Of a stretch of DNA of 64,000 nt, positions 1 through 14,000 are shown in pieces. The notes beneath the pieces are model-generated. The model saw only the letters and a list, made by a program, of their open reading frames with translations, was not told where the DNA came from and did not search any database. How positions within the stretch are numbered: the first letter of the stretch is position 1; each line of letters opens with the position of its first letter. This DNA comes from Epiperipatus broadwayi. Its lineage: Eukaryota; Animalia; Onychophora. Made by a program: the position numbers and the translations under genes. The stretch lies in NCBI GenBank assembly GCA_028023455.1, contig JAQFVV010000008.1, forward strand, positions 6,882,001-6,946,000, in the 5' to 3' direction.

Positions 1-249
1 GGCCGCGTATTATAACCACTACATATGATCTACTCGTATATTAATGATCACTCGTATATTAGCCATAGTTTCGGCCGCGAAAGCGATATAATTCTGTGTT
101 TTTACACAGAAACAGCGCCACCAAAGGCTGCACAGTTAATAGTTTACTAGAACCAAAAAAAATTTTCACACATTTAGTTTGAATAGTTATCAACCTGAGA
201 TAGTGAACCATTTCAAATATTTTGGTAGCTTTTTAAATAGAAAAGTGGA

Positions 250-700
250 CTAAAATCCAGTTCATTATGTGCTTCCACTGTTTTCAAATTAGGGTATTTC
301 ATCATAATGAGATAATTACTGAAACCAAATTATCTGTATGTTGAACTGTTATCTTATCTAATCTATTATATGAAAGTGAGACTTGATCCTCTCATTTAAA
401 GAGGCTCCATAAAATTCTTGGAAGATGATAAGATTAATCAATATGTTCTTCAACTTGCTGGAAGAAATACTATAGTTCCTACTATTGTAAAGCGACATGT
501 AAAATGAATGAAGAATGCAGATCCCACTTGCATTATAATGATTCTCAAAGATATTCTAAACAACTGCAGTATTGGTCGTTTTCTATGGAAAGATATGGCT
601 GAAGATAGAATACAATAGAGAGTTAAACAAGTTGTTAGTCTTACAGAAAAAAAAGTTATGAAATATCAAATATACAGAATGGACCAGCATTCTTTATATA
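250..700 (+). mobile_element. Decayed RTE-clade (BovB-like, 'family B') LINE fragment, RT C-terminal region
   Basis: Broken translation resembles LLYGSETW...LRKILWEDKITNQYVLQLAG; the segment caatatgttcttcaacttgctgg recurs in reverse at ~36100-36125. Confidence 0.55.
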
Positions 701-995
701 TGGATATACTTTTATTTCACAGAATGGTTTATATAACTTTTGCAAAACTCATCTCCACTATATTATTATTTTGTCTCCCCCCCCTCATGAAATTGGATTA
801 GCCATATTTGTTTAAAAGTGATTGCTGCTATTGCTGATGATAATGATATATAACAGCATAAATGAAGCCAATTCTCATATTATTAAAATAAAATGGAAAA
901 AAAAAGCTTATATTTATCAGATTTTCAAATAAAATTCTTGTTAATTTATTTATCATATAATACTAAATCATCCATGCAGTTTACTACTGTTACAC

Positions 996-1121
996 AATGC
1001 TTTAACCACCCTCTTTTACAGTTACAGTTTTGATTGCCCCAGCAATCTTTTTCAGAACTTTTATATCTCCTAACTTGCTGAGGCAATCAAAACTGTAAAA
1101 GAGGATGGTAAATAAAGCATT
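996..1121. repeat. Fold-back palindrome, ~45-bp arms (MITE-like or hairpin)
   Basis: aatgcttt..accaccctcttttacag..ttttgattgccccagcaa is complementary to ttgctgaggcaatcaaaactgtaaaagaggatggt..aaagcatt. Confidence 0.8.
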
Positions 1122-1618
1122 TGGCAATGCAATAAGAAAGATTAGTTATTTCAATATGCTTTCATAATTATAATTTTAGAACTGATTTCTAATGTTAAAT
1201 TTAAAAATTCAATACGAACATTAGCCATTATTCAATTTTATATTTTTTACTTTAACTGTCTTTTGTTTATAATATTTGTATTGTTTCAATGAATACATTA
1301 ATGTTAATTTATTTTCCCACTGCCTTACATTATCATCATACAAATCCATTTGGTTGTTTTTATTTTATTGAATGTTCAGTATTTAAAAAATCTTTGAAGG
1401 ACATTGTATTAATAATTATGTAGATCTTCATTTACTTTTTAAGTTATTAAATATTAGATATGTATTAAAAGTGCTAACATCCAAAGTATTTTAGTATAAT
1501 TTCTATATTAACATCCACTTCTTTCATCTTCTGCAGCCTGAATACTAAAAGAAAAACCCCAAATCTACTTTTACTACTTCATCTACCATAATATCTCTTT
1601 TAAAATATATATATATAT

Positions 1619-4311
1619 TGTGAAGGTAGCTCAAGATCGCTCCCACAACAAACCTTAACCATCTGAAATGATAGATTGTTTATTGATGTAATTAGCATGT
1701 AAAGATCAAATATAAAAAAATAAGTTTTGCTAGAACACTTTTTTTTAAAAAAAAAAATGTTTTGATATTTTTAACAGTGTACTAACTACATATTAAGGAT
1801 TGGGAATGATGGGTAATATATAGTGAAAAACACATATATATTAGTAATAAAATTTTATTACTAAGAAAATATAAACCTTGATTAAACAAAAAAAATTGTG
1901 CATACTTATATATATATTGATAATTGTTGTACTGATTATGTTAAACATACAATGACTTAAATAAAAAATAATCATAGCAATAAAAAAAATATATCAAGTA
2001 TTGTAATATCTGAATATAAGAGAGATAATAATAATATACTGCAAATTTATTATATTATTATTTGTTTTATTTTTTTAAAATGAATCAGACATAAAAAATA
2101 TTTTAAAAGATACAAAAATAGGAACGCTCGTTTTCAAACAATGGGAATAACTGGTATAAAAAGGAAACAATTAAAAATCATATTTTCTTTCTCATTCTGC
2201 ATTTGACATGAAAAGTCATCTTATTGAAGCAATTATTATTTTAATATTTTTCTGCAAAATGGACATTTTTTAAAGCAGCGTCTCAACAAATATTAATGTT
2301 TTTCTAGTTAATTCGCCATTCGGAAAAGGAGTAAAGGAAATGAATGGAACATTATCTAATTCAATAATCAGATAAGTCAAAATAATTTATCAATTTAAAT
2401 TTTAAAAAAAATCTTATGATTTTTGTTAAAAAGAAACTAAAAAAGAAATCAGAACAATTTATTTAATTTAAAGTTTATATAGCCAATTATTACAAACAAT
2501 AAATAGCTGTATAAATATATTCTTATTAAATGCAAACTGCATATATATATAATCCTGTATATATATATATATAGTTAAAATATGACATAAATTAATTGTC
2601 TTTGGGGTGGAGCTTTTTTTTATCCACTATGGCCACACGAATATTAATATTTAACTGTCTACAATTTAAGTGCCTGAGAAGCTGGATCCACACAAGATGG
2701 AAATCTACGTGAGGAGTAACCCAAAACTACCTACTGCCAACTTAAATAAATTCAAAATGTGCTATATAAAATCAATCAGGAATTTTTCAACATCTATAAT
2801 AAAAAATGCATAAACTGTAAGAACTGTTTGTCTAAGGAGAACTCTGAAAAATAATGATGCCAGATTATATCATAAAAGATTGTAAAATTATGTTTTATTT
2901 TCTTTTGTATAGATTTGTATTTTTATTTTATTATCTCAATCTTATATTTGGGAAGTATTAGTTATAATTCAACATGGAACAGTCCAACATAAGCAAATAT
3001 CAAGAAAGTAGGGGGGAGAGGTTTGAAAAGTCTATTTTCTTTTTGGTTTTTAATAAAATCTAGGTGATTTATTTTCTATCAAGATATTTGATTATTAGCT
3101 ATGAACATACAATTAAGTGCTCCAATAAAATACTTAAACAGTAAGTTTTTTTTTAAGTCACTGAAATAATCAATGCTACATGACATGACTTACTTGTAGT
3201 TATAGTATATGTTTTACTAACAGTATTCTTAAGATCTTTATAATGAATGAATGATTAATGTTTTTAAATTAATATTCTTTATAATTTTCTGTTCTATCAT
3301 ATCATGTGTTGTTTTATTATTGTACTTTTCCATACTTAAAATTGCATACTACATCTGAAGTTGAATTTAGATTTTCATTAAGTTAGCAGTCTCACTTTTA
3401 ATTAATTTTTTTTTTTATCTTTGATATATAGATGTCTATATTATGAGTGTCTATCATGGGAAGTAAAGGTGAATAGTTTCAAATTGTTTAAGTAAAAAAA
3501 TGATAGATACTCATCATAAACATAGAAGCTGCAAGTACATAGGGATATATCCAAATAATTTATTTGCATTTGTAAATATTTTTCTTTTTTGAATTTTTTT
3601 TTTCTTTTCTACATTAATTAAAAATTTATTTTATGTTTGAATATCTTTTCTTGTTTTGTAAATAAATATTATGAAGTTTTGTTAATTGACAAGGTCTCTG
3701 TAGTTTTGTTGATCCAGCATTTACATTCAACCCAGCATTTACATTCCATCTTATAACCAATATTTTACACATGCACATACCCACATTATTGTTTGATAAG
3801 CATGTAAGAAAATGTTGAATAAAGGTTATTTATTTCTAATAGATAGGATGAATTATTTTAGTTGTTGATTAACAGTTTTCATAGATACATGCCTGTTAAG
3901 AGGGTCGAACATGAATTCTTCCTGAGTTCGAATAGCTGAGGCAACGTTTTTGGAAAAAGGAGTGATAAGATGTTAGATGAACTGATAATGCTTAGGTTAG
4001 TCTATTAAAGATGGATGTAATCATGAGTCAGGTACTTCATCGTGTTATCTCTAGCATCCTACATGAAGACCTTAGGTCCGACAGTAGTTAGATGTGAGCT
4101 TGCTCTCTTTCTCCTATATACATGGATGGACCAGACTGTTACATTTGGCACTATCAACTTTAGGATATGAAAGATAGGTGTACCAGCACTTTTAGATTTG
4201 ATATAAGTTAATTATATGTTATAGTTGAACCAGCTGATTGTTGAAGTTGATAGATGTAGCCAAGAGCATTTGCAGACTGGCACATCCGGGTATACTGGAC
4301 CAACCATTACA
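1619..4311 (+). repeat. 5' LTR
   Basis: TGTGAAGGTAGCTCAAGATC...CCATTACA; collinear with 7351-10006 over its whole length. Confidence 0.85.
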
Positions 4312-4795
4312 TCTAGTTCTCATACGTGTTAGGCATGAAGATATTATAGTTGCAAGGGAAGTTTAGCCATTTGACAGAAATTTTCAAAAAAATTTTAAAA
4401 AAAATTTTGTTGAATAATTTTAAACTTGCCACTTGTAAAACAAGTTCAATTAATACTAAACCACTATTGTATATATGCCTACAATAAATAAATGGTGTAC
4501 TTAAATATTAAATAAAAATGCAAAACATCTAGAATTAAAAATTAGTGAATAAAAAAGAAAATATATACATATAAGGAATGAATGCGGGATCAATAAACAG
4601 AGACTTGTAAAACAATTAAATCAAGAGTAGGAGTCAGGCAATGTAAAAACTAATCTAAATGTAGACAGTCAAAATCAAATAAAAATTTGATATAGAAGTT
4701 AAAGATACATATGGCATAGTTGAGGAGAATGTAAAACCCTGAGACAATTATCTGCTATAATATTTTTTATAAGTAAAAGTTGTTTAAAATAATTA

Positions 4796-6190
4796 ATGAT
4801 ATTAAGAAGTAGAAAAAAATTATTGAGTATGGAGACAAAAGTTTGCCAAGGAGAAATAAGTGATATTGAAGTCGAGAAGAGTGAAGTTAGTGATGTTGAG
4901 GTAGAAGAAGTTGAGACTAGCCATGAGGGAGGGTCTTTTCCTGGTCATTCTGGGGGGTCTGTAGCTGACGGCAACCGCTTCCCACAGACATGTCGAGATG
5001 ATGGAGTGACCATTGAGAGGCTACAGAAGATAAGTGGGCAATGGAAGAGAACTTCTGCAATATGGAAGCAACTATCAACAGACACTTTGATGATATATCA
5101 AAATTAATGAAGCATATGATGGAAGTGGTGCAACAATCTCAGAAGCATCCTGAGGCAAATGTGTCCCTCATGAAGATCGAAACTATCTTGGACAAGGCAA
5201 CTCCAGAGAGAGTGATGATTAATGTGACTGAGTCCTGTAATCAGATCTGTAAAATGGATGAAGCCATCAACAAAGGATCTACCATGATCAAACCCCAGTT
5301 ATGTAAAAAGGTGCTGATTGTTAGGACACAATAGACTGAGATCAACCCAAGGACCCAAATTAATGAGGAAGAAACAAATCATAGGACGAATAAAGAAATT
5401 ATACAGGAAGACATACCCGAAGTCATTCTTGAATCAAATCAAATTACTAAGCAGTCTTTTATTGCTGAAACTTCACTTGACCATGAATTATCTATTGGTT
5501 GTACTCTTCAGGTATCCAAAGATGTGATAGAAAATTATTCTACCGATTTTAATTTGGGAGAAGTGATCCCAAAAATATGTCAGAGTGATGCTGATTTACA
5601 TTTATTAAACTTGTCCATGAATAATGTAGAAGCAGAAAGGTTATGTAACCAAGAGATGCAAGTTAATGTAAGCATCCAATGTTCAGAACTTAAAGTTTGT
5701 TCTAGATACAAGGTTCAGGAATATAGTAGTAGAATCTAAAGAGGATTATTATATGCTCAAAGGCTTACCGCAGAAGAAGGGTGTCACAATAGACAATCAA
5801 AATTTAAAAACATTTATAATCATAGTAATCACATCCAGAGAAAGCTTTTAGCTATTCAAAGGATAATTAGTGAAGAAAACTGTCTCTTTATAAAAGATGA
5901 TTGCATTAAAGCAAGTGAAATGTATAGATTTGATCATCTTGAAAGTATGTTATGGGACATAAAATGTTTCCATAATCAAAAGGATGTCCAAATCATACAG
6001 AATTATCAAGTGATAAGGGGAACAGCCACATTAGACAGCAGTATCCAGAAAAGTTCACAATACCATAAGTTATGCAATACATACAAAGGTCCATTTACAT
6101 TTATTAGGCAAATGGATGATGATGTCTAGATTAAGAAAAGGATAGCATGTAGCATGGGATGGACTTCAAACGTTGCAGATTTGAAATGTG
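4796..6190 (+). pseudogene. Frameshifted internal ORF of the LTR element; acidic/coiled-coil N-part, integrase C-terminal GPY/F-like end
   Basis: Consecutive ORFs 4796-5107, 5041-5334, 5524-5739 and 5920-6129 in shifting frames; the last ends HKLCNTYKGPFTFIRQ, like the KL..(Y)xGPF motif of Gypsy integrase tails. Confidence 0.5.
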
Positions 6191-7338
6191 AAATGGTTTT
6201 TTGAAAATGGTTGAATCCTAAAATGGTTTTCCAAAAAGGGAAAATTAAATTAATGTATATATGTAAAATAGTTAATAGTGATGTGAATGTTCAAGGAATG
6301 CTGAAAGTCAATTGGAGCAAAGATTTCATATACATGTGTAATAAGTCATAACGGTTAAATCATTTCAACACAATAATGCTAAGAGTCAACAATAATATAT
6401 TTACTCACAGTTGTACATCATGAGTCAACAATAATATATTTACCCACAGTTGTACATCATGGCATAAATACTGAAGTAGTTAAAAAAGAATAACTCATAA
6501 AGTGCTACGTAGTAAAGCAAAACTGAGAGGCAAGGATGAAAGGGAAAATCCATATAAATTTCAGATAGGGACTGAGTACTTATAAAGACTCACCATCAAA
6601 ACAAAATAAAACCTCCAAGAGAACAAGTATAAGAAATTTTACAATCAACATAGAGACCATGTCATAGTAAAACAGGCAGGCCCTAATATTTTGGGTTCAA
6701 TATGAAAGAAGAGAATGGGGATACATACAATGCTAGATATATTGACACCATCTCGGTCAATCAATAGAATAATATGAGATGAGTAATTTCATCACCAACT
6801 AATAGTTAGCAGTAGAAATGATAATGAAGTTTAAAAAAAAAGTGAGAGAACATCAAAAAAAAAATGTTACCAGGGTAAAAATGATCAAGACATTATATTT
6901 ATGAAAATATGCTTCATATGAGATATCTTAGAACTGACTAGTTTTTTTAGTTAATCCATGCATGGCGATGGATACTCTGGTTCACGTAATCCTCAAAATC
7001 CAGTAAATCTCTAGAGAAGAGCAGGAGAGAGATTAGTGAACAAAGTAGAGTATCATCTGTTATAGAGATACATAAATGATCACGTTCCTACCATAAAGTT
7101 GAACAGAAAAATATATATATTTTTTTTTATCCTAAGATAGGTTCTCACTTGGAATGATCTGTAATTTTTGAGAGAGGGAATGCCAGGATAGGTATTTGAA
7201 ATTGAGAGATTGAAGGAAACGAAAGAAAGTGTTGTGATTTTTCACAGATAACAAGGAAGTTTAATATGCCCCAAAATAAACATACTTTACACTCATTGGG
7301 AAATAAAATTTTGATCTATGATAAAATTTTAATCGTGT

Positions 7339-7350
7339 AGGGGAAGAGAA
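7339..7350 (+). other. Polypurine tract of the LTR element
   Basis: AGGGGAAGAGAA immediately before the TG of the 3' LTR. Confidence 0.7.
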
Positions 7351-10006
7351 TGGTGAAGGTAGCTCAAGATCACTCCCACAACAAACCTTAGCCATCTGAA
7401 ATGAGATTGTTTTTTCATGTAATTAGCATGTAAAGATCAAATAAATAAAAGTTTTGCTAGAACACTTTTACAAAAAAAAAAAAATGTTTTGATATTTTTA
7501 ACAGTGTACTAACTACATATTAAGTATTGGGAATGATGGATAATATATAGTGAAAACACATATATATTAGTAATAAAATTTTATTACTAAGAAAATATAA
7601 ACCTTGATTTAAAAAAAAAAATTGTACATATTTATAAATATATGTTGATAATTATGTTGTGTTGATTATGTTAAACAGACAACGACTTAAATAAAAAATA
7701 ATCCTAGCAATAAAATAAATAAATCAAGTATTGTAATATCTGAATATAAGAGATAGTAATATCATACTGCAAATTTATTACATTATTATTTGTTTTATTT
7801 TTTTTAAATGAATCATATAAAAAAACATTTTAAAAGATACAATAATAGGAATGCTAAGCTGGTATAAAAAGGAAACAATTAAAAATCATTTTTTCTTTCT
7901 TATTCTGCATTTGACATGAAAAGTCATCTTATTGAAGCAATTATTATTTTAATATTTTTCTGCAAAATGGACATTTTTTAAAGCAGCGTCTCAACAAATA
8001 TTAAGGTTTTCCTGATTAATTCGCCATTCGGAAAAGGAGTAAAGGAAATGAATGGAACATTATCTAATTCAATAATCAGATAAGTCAAAATAATTTATCA
8101 GTTTAAATTTTTAAAAAAATCTTATGATTTTTGTTTAAAAGAAACTAAAAAAGAAATCAGAACAGTTTATTTAATTTAAAGTTTATATAACCAATATTAT
8201 AAACAATAAATAGCTGTACTCTATATATTCTTATTTAATGCAAACCACATATATATTTATATAATCTTGTATACATATATAGTTAAAATATGACATACAT
8301 TGGCTAGAATGATTAATTGTCTTTGGGGTGCTTTTTTTTTTTATCCACTAATTTAACTGTCTACAATTTAAGTGCCTGAGAAGCTGGATCCACACAAGAT
8401 GGAAATCTATGTGAGGAGTAACCCAAAACTACCTATTGCCAACTTAAATGAATTCAAAATGTGCTATATAAAATCAATCAGGAATTTTTCAACATATATA
8501 ATAAAAGATGCATAAACCGTAAGAACTGTTTGTGTAAGGAGAACTCTGAAAAATAGTGATGCCTGATATGTCAATTCATAAAAGATTGTAAAATTAAGTT
8601 TTATTTTCTTTTGTATAGATTTGTATTTTTTTTTATTTTATTATCTCGATCTTATATTTGGGAAGTACTAGTTATAATTCAACATGGAACAGTCCAACAT
8701 AAGAAAATATCATGAGTGGGGGGGGAGGTTGAAAAGTCTATTTTCTTTTTGTTTTTAATAAAATCTAGGTGATTTATTTTCTATCAAGATATTTGATTAT
8801 CAGCTATGAACATAAAATTAAGTGCTCCAATAGAATACTTAAACGGTAAGTTTTTTTTTTAAGTCATTGAAATAATCAATGCTACAACATGACATGATTT
8901 ACTTTTAGTTATAGTATATGTTTTACTAACAGTATTCTTAAGATCTTTATAATGAATGAATGATTAATGTTTTTAAATTAATATTCTTTATAATTTTCTG
9001 TTCTATCATATCATGTGTTGTTTTATTATTGTACTTTTCCATACTTAAAATTGCATACTATATCTGAAGTTGAATTTAGATTTTCACTGAGTTAGCAGTC
9101 TCACTTTTAATTAATAATTTTTTTTATTATTATCTTGGATATATAGATGTCTATATTATGGGTATATGGGAAGTAAAGGTGAATAGTTTCAAATTGTTTA
9201 AGTAAAAAAATGATAGATACTCATCATAGACATAGAAGCTACAAGTACATAGGGATATATCCAAATAATTCATTTGCATTTCTAAATATTTTTCTTTTTT
9301 GAAATTTTTTTTTTCTTTTCTACATTGATTGAGAATTTATTTTGTTCGAATATCTTTTCTTGTTTTGTAAATAAATATTATGAAGTTTTGTTAATTGACA
9401 AAATCTCTGTAGTTTTGTTGATCCAGCATTTACATTCCATCTTATAACCAATATTTTACACATGCACACACCCACATTATTGTTTGATGAGCATGTAAGA
9501 AATTTCTTTCTAATAGATAGAATGAATTATTTTAGTTGTTGATTGAGTTTGCATAGATACATCCCTGTTGAGGGTCGAACGTGAATTCTTCTCGAGTTCG
9601 AATATCTGAGGCAATGGTTTTGAAAAAGGAGTGGTGAGATGTTAGATGAACTGATTTAAATTACATGCAGATTTGATGGATAATGTTTAGGCTAGTCAAT
9701 AATAGATGGATGTAATCATGAGTCAGGTACTTCATCATGTTATCTCTAGCATCCTATATGAAGACCTTAGGTCCGACAGTAGTTAGATGCGAGCTTGCTC
9801 TCTTTCTCCTATATATGTGGATAGACCGGACTGTTACATTTGACACTATCAGCTTTAGGATATGAAAGATAGGTGTACCAGCAGTTTTAGATTTGATGTA
9901 AGTTAATTATACGTTATAGTCAAACCAGCTGATTGTTGAAGTTGATAGATGTAGCCAAGTGTATTTGCGAACCGGCACATCCGGGTATATTCGACCACCC
10001 ATTACA
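7351..10006 (+). repeat. 3' LTR
   Basis: TGGTGAAGGTAGCTCAAGATC...CCATTACA; roughly 90% identical to 1619-4311 by eye, with reciprocal indels. Confidence 0.85.
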
Positions 10007-10799
10007 ATATATTAATATACAAATATTAAATACTTGCTCAATATTGTTTCATGATTAGTTCTGTATTCATATGTGATTTTTTTTAAAGGCAAATTAAACA
10101 TTAGAAGATTGAATGCTCATTAATAAAGTGACTAATTGTGTTTCTTTTGAGTTTTGTACTCTTTTTTTAGTCATTGTACTCTTTTGAAATATATACTCTA
10201 CAAAATTCCTTTTTACTTAATTGTATTCCTTTTGGGTCTTTGCACCAGTAATTTTAATTTCTTTTTTTCCTTTCGATAATTTAAATTTAATAGTCCACAA
10301 TTCAAGACTATTTGTTAGATGGCAATACAAGTTCAGGTTTTCCCCATTATTCATACTTTTTCATATTATTGCTGAATGTATGTTATTTATTTGTCCACAA
10401 TAAATTTTGTTTTGTTTTTAAATTTGTTATATATAACAATCATTTAAATTGGTTCATTTAAAAAAGATAAGTGATTATGAATTAATTAATTTTTATACTG
10501 GAATTTGTTTCATATATCATGTGAAGCTTTTGATAACAAATGCTATGTCTAATGCAATCTGTAACTTAATAAGAATTGGTAAAAAATCAAACATGACATC
10601 AAATTGTTTAATTACTTATATATAAAAAATAATGATAATTTAACAAAGCTAGCAAATGTGATGGTTCTATTAAATACTTAACACCTGTTTTTCAAGATCT
10701 CATTTAAATCCAATTATTTTTGGAATGTTTGATATTAGTAACAAATAGCCATTTTAAATATAGATATATTTCAGATTTTTTTTAAATATTTAACCAAAA

Positions 10800-12470
10800 A
10801 AATATTTACTATATGTTTTTAGAATCAAGAATGGAGAGTTCAAAAAGAAAAAAATCACTTTAATGTAAATTTAAAAAAAGTTTCCTTTATATTAAGAAAA
10901 AATAATGATTTATAAGTGAATGTACAATTTGTAGAACAAAATTTTCCATAGCAATAGGTGGAAAGTCAACTATAATAGATTATCAATAACATAAACAACC
11001 ACTTGATGTAGCAACATCAACTTCTAAAGTATCAATTTTTCAGACTCCAAGTTTTGAATTGGTTTAAAAATGATTAACAATTATCAAGGGTACTTTTACT
11101 TTTCATACTATTATCCATAACCATAACTTTAGAAGTATGGATTGTAGTAATAAATTATTTAAAAAAAATTATAATTCTCAATTTTCTTGTTCAAGAACTA
11201 AGTGTGAATCAATAATAACTTTGATATTTAAAACTTGTGATAAAAAATTGTCAAAAAGATCTTGCAAAATATGTTATTTATCTCCATGTAATCAGATATA
11301 TTGAACTACAAAGAAAAAATTTCATCCAATATTAATAAAATATTTTTATAAAACAGCTTTCGATTAAAAATTTTCAAAATGTTTTGAGAAAGAAACTGTG
11401 GAAATTTTGCCAAAACATTTCAAGTCAGCAATGAAAATAATTTTAATTCTAAAATTGTGATACTACCAGCAAATAAAACGAACATTAATTTTAGAGGACA
11501 CAGCAGGGGGGTAAAAATAATTTACATATATATTAAAATAGTTGTTGAAGAGAAATATATTAGGAATTGATTGCAATGCATATACATTATCGAATGATAT
11601 AAATATAACTTCCAGTTCCATGCCAATAGACATAGAAGTTATATCAGCCATATATTTACATTTTAGCCATTTTTACAGTTCATGAGGCAAATTTAAAACA
11701 ATTTTGTGAAGAGGCTAATACTGAATATGAAAAGATTCTCGATTATTCAAAAGTAAGATGTCTTCATTTGATGCCAACAATAGGGCACATTCTCAAATTA
11801 CATGACCGACTTTGATCATATTTCTTGAGTCTGGATGTCTTAAAAAGCACTGGAAACATTTTTAAATAATGAGTTTTATGAACTGATACTTCTTTATTTA
11901 CATAGCTAGGCATTTTTCACAAAGTTGTTCAAGAAATAGAATCTGATAATATTTCAGCCACAAAAATTATCTTTATTTTAATAATGTTATTCTACAATAG
12001 AACGCAAAATTTCAAGAAAGTTTCTTATCCCAAATTGTAAAAAAATAAAATATTAACTATGGAAGAATCCAGTTCAGGTATAAAGTAAATATTTCTTAAA
12101 GAAGTTGTAATGTTTTATAAGAAATATTTTCAATATATTGAAAAATAGACTCTAATTTAATTGAAATAAACAGTGTCCAGTAGATTTTTTTAAAAAGTAA
12201 AATTGAATGGACAGATATTATGATAATAATTAAATTTGTAACACAAGAACTAAAATTTATTGTTATTGATGATAATTTTTTATTTAAAGAACTAAGAATA
12301 ATAAATATTTTTTTAACTATTGAAAAACTTAAAAAAAATGAATGGATAAAAAAAGTGAAAATCTTAAATGAATTTTTATTGTAATGACCTGGCACCAATG
12401 CTTTTGCTGAGAGTGTTTTCAATTGGAAATGACTATTGGAGCAGTGTAAAATCATGATCATAAAATTTAA
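10800..12470 (+). pseudogene. Decayed hAT-superfamily transposase
   Basis: Broken translation gives GTFTFHTIIHNHNFRSMDCSNKL...FSCSRTKCESII, ILGIDCNAYII and DYSKVRCLHLMPTIGHIL (a SxVRWLSL-like motif). Confidence 0.65.
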
Positions 12471-13865
12471 TTTGTGCCTAAGTTATAATGAGATTAGTGA
12501 ATTATTAGAAAGAAATGAACAATTACTAAACAAATACATTTAGTGGAAAAATATAATTTTAAAAAATAAAAATTTTTTTGCATTGTTTAATATTGTATTA
12601 AATAAGTAATAAGTGTTTTTAAAGAAAGTATTTGCAATAATATTCATAAAGCTATTTGAGGTTTGTATGGCAATATATGATTTTTTGTTAAATTTATTTT
12701 ACTCCTTTTTCATCACAAATAATTGAACATCTCATTATTAATCATCATGTCATGATTCATTTAGCCACAAATAAAAACACAATGCTTTACTGATGTTATT
12801 CTGATCCCACTTGATTGTTAATTTGTTCTTCAGAAAGGACCAAAAGACAGATTCTATCCCCGAATTACATACTTGTGTACTAACTAACATTTATGTTTAA
12901 CTTGCCAGAATATGATTTGACTATATGATAAAGTCCTGAACTTACTGAGAAATTATTTATTTTTTTTGCTACTTGAAAAATTTCCTGCTTTAGAGTAGAA
13001 GCTCCAAATCATCAACGCAGCAGATTATCAAACTAATTGCAAGCATAAAATCCTTGATAAAAAGCAATACTTTCACAACTTTAACGTAGATATCTGTTCT
13101 CAAGTTCACTCTTTTTGTCAAGTATTCTATCTTCTCAACTATTTTTTTCATTTTTATCAAATCTTATCAAAAATATAAAAATAATATATATTTCCTGCCA
13201 TCACTACATTAGCAATACAAAAACGTTTAAAAAAAAATGTCCATTATTGTAGAGATATAGCTTATGTGTAATAGAAAATAATTCCATTGCATAAGTCAGT
13301 AAAAATCCATTTACTGTTGATAACAAAAGTATTAATATTTTACTGTCCATTTATTTGCATTTTATATTTAGGCATCTTAATCTCACAATCCCACTATCAC
13401 CATTATAATATTTATTGTAATTTTCTGTATCAAATGACTGTATATTTTATAGAATATTTAAAAGATTTCTTAAAAGACTAAGCTTATAAAAAAAAAGATA
13501 ATCTTGGAATTATATTTATAATTCGTTCCATTATCAAATAATTTGCAATGCGTAAATTATAATTCCGTATATTAGCAGCAAAGACAAAAAATAAATTTTA
13601 ACATGTGTCAATTTAAACAGTACAAAAATAGTGATTAATAACCAAGTCAAATTGGCTATTACTTTTAGGAACAGAGAACTAAAAAGCACATTCAATATAA
13701 TAAAGTGTCTATGAAAAGATTTGTAAATGAGACGGAGAATAGAAACTTAACATCAATACAAAAATATCTCTACTTATTTCCTTATTTCATGATTTCTTCA
13801 AGTTTTTTCCATTTTTCACAAATTTAATTGCATGTCACCACTTCATTTAAAATACTATCCTGCAT

Positions 13866-14000
13866 AGATTGGGGCAGTGGTAGAACGACAAATTTTGGAG
13901 CTCAAGATTCATGGAATGTGGTTCAGCTCTCTCACTTCTAGTGCTCTAATTTCTTATGAATTTCCAAGCAATAAAACACTCAATTATTATTATTATTATT
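13866..14000 (+). mobile_element. Probable tRNA-derived SINE relic
   Basis: A-box-like ggggcagtggtagaacg, B-box-like gtggttcagct, ending in a (TTA)n tail. Confidence 0.4.

Larger units (their letters stand above)
1619..10006 (+). mobile_element. Non-autonomous LTR retrotransposon with ~2.7-kb LTRs (LARD-like Gypsy deletion derivative)
   Basis: Two long direct repeats start TG and end CCATTACA; a polypurine tract directly precedes the second; ATATAT on both flanks (1613-1618, 10007-10012); no RT motif seen inside. Confidence 0.85.
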
